IMG/VR virus record: IMGVR_UViG_3300025012_000029
Span: 1-64,000 of that record
Direction: 5' to 3' (one strand)
Length of the DNA stretch: 64,000 nucleotides
DNA from: a virus
Lineage: Duplodnaviria > Caudoviricetes
The translations under genes and the position numbers were made by a program. Position 1 is the stretch's first letter, and every line of letters starts with the position of its first letter. Shown here piece by piece: positions 63,389-64,000 of this stretch. The notes beneath the pieces were generated by a model. It searched no databases, had not been told where the DNA came from, and was given only the letters and a program-made list of their open reading frames with translations.

Positions 63389-64000
63389 TTATTGTTTTTT
63401 TGAAATTCCAGCTAATATCTGCATTCTTTCCTTTTGTGGATTAATGCTTTCTGTAAGTGATTCCCTCGGTCTAATAGAATTGAAATTATTTTTACTAATT
63501 GCTTCATTTAGTGTTTTAGGCAATGGACGACCATCAACCTTAGACGTAAATGATTTAAACAATGTTTCAAAAACAACTTTCACTTCGTTAACAGAGTTAA
63601 TCTTTGAAATAGCTTCGACAATTTTTTGTTTTTGTCGCTCATTCAAGGAGACGCTTTCCAAAACACGATTTTTATACATTAATTGTGCATTTTGTATATT
63701 GAGTTCTTCGAGTTTCTTCGAAGCACCCATAGCAATACCTTTAATCTTATTATATTCAAGAATAATGGATTTTACTTGCTTTTTAAGAGATTGGTTTTGT
63801 TCCTGTAATGCCTCAACAGCTTTTTTTAGTTCGGCATTTTCTTCTGCAACTTCTGTATCTTGAACGTGAGCCAATTCAATTTCTCCAGATTGAATTCTTT
63901 CTGCATCAGTTGCGTGTCCTGGATGTCCATGAGGAACTGTATGAACATCTACTTGTAGCATTTCCATTAAATCATTTAATGATTCTTCTGAAAGTTCTTC
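63389..64000 (-). CDS. Prohead core / scaffold protein (gp22-like), 5' end beyond the window
   Basis: Frame is open to base 64000. Coiled coil with LNE/LTE motifs and a C-terminal RMQILAGI, directly upstream of the capsid gene. Confidence 0.75.
   Translation of the reverse strand, partial: EELSEESLNDLMEMLQVDVHTVPHGHPGHATDAERIQSGEIELAHVQDTEVAEENAELKKAVEALQEQNQSLKKQVKSIILEYNKIKGIAMGASKKLEELNIQNAQLMYKNRVLESVSLNERQKQKIVEAISKINSVNEVKVVFETLFKSFTSKVDGRPLPKTLNEAISKNNFNSIRPRESLTESINPQKERMQILAGISKKQ

Noticed and set aside
1-64000. Alternative genetic code (TGA or TAG reassigned), suggested by in-frame TGAs at 2285 and 28271
   Set aside because: ORFs of 800-1275 codons are intact in code 11, and conserved genes end at the expected place with TGA (capsid, GroEL, dnaE-3), TAG (sheath) and TAA.
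1-64000. CRISPR arrays, tRNA or rRNA genes
   Set aside because: No repeat-spacer periodicity or tRNA cloverleaf/T-loop signature was seen, and intergenic gaps are mostly under 100 bp. A tRNAscan run would be needed to be certain.

Overview
This is a segment of a large, AT-rich, T4-like contractile-tailed phage genome in genetic code 11, not a bacterial chromosome. Small accessory genes occupy the + strand at 1-2687; nearly everything after 2693 is on the - strand. Read in transcription order from the right end, the window contains: a head/neck/tail module (scaffold, gp23-like major capsid, gp13/14/15-like neck, sheath, tube, tail chaperone, tape measure, baseplate); a replication module (small family-A polymerase, divergent tubulin/FtsZ-like protein, gp32-like SSB, RecA/UvsX, 5'-3' exonuclease, DnaB/gp41 helicase, class II RNR); and a long accessory region (RNA ligase, GroES-like, ThyX, DnaE, dUTPase, two adenine MTases, IMPDH/GMP reductase, ClpP, amidase, putative restriction nuclease, GroEL, Nudix). 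The most striking feature is the intein and homing-endonuclease load. DnaE (Pol III alpha) is broken into three ORFs by two free-standing endonuclease genes. Its second junction carries a near-canonical split intein, but its first junction carries a degenerate split Hint-like pair that lacks the splicing residues. The helicase is split by another intein around a Vsr-like endonuclease, and the RNR has two cis inteins. Two candidate recoding sites are visible: a U7 run in the tail chaperone gene (G/GT type) and an A10 run that would fuse an acidic head-type protein to a start-less open frame. A recurring CTAnTTAY motif upstream of start codons is a candidate late promoter, and a shared LFE(N/D)F leader is a candidate capsid-targeting signal. 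All family assignments come from motif recognition by eye; no database searches were run.
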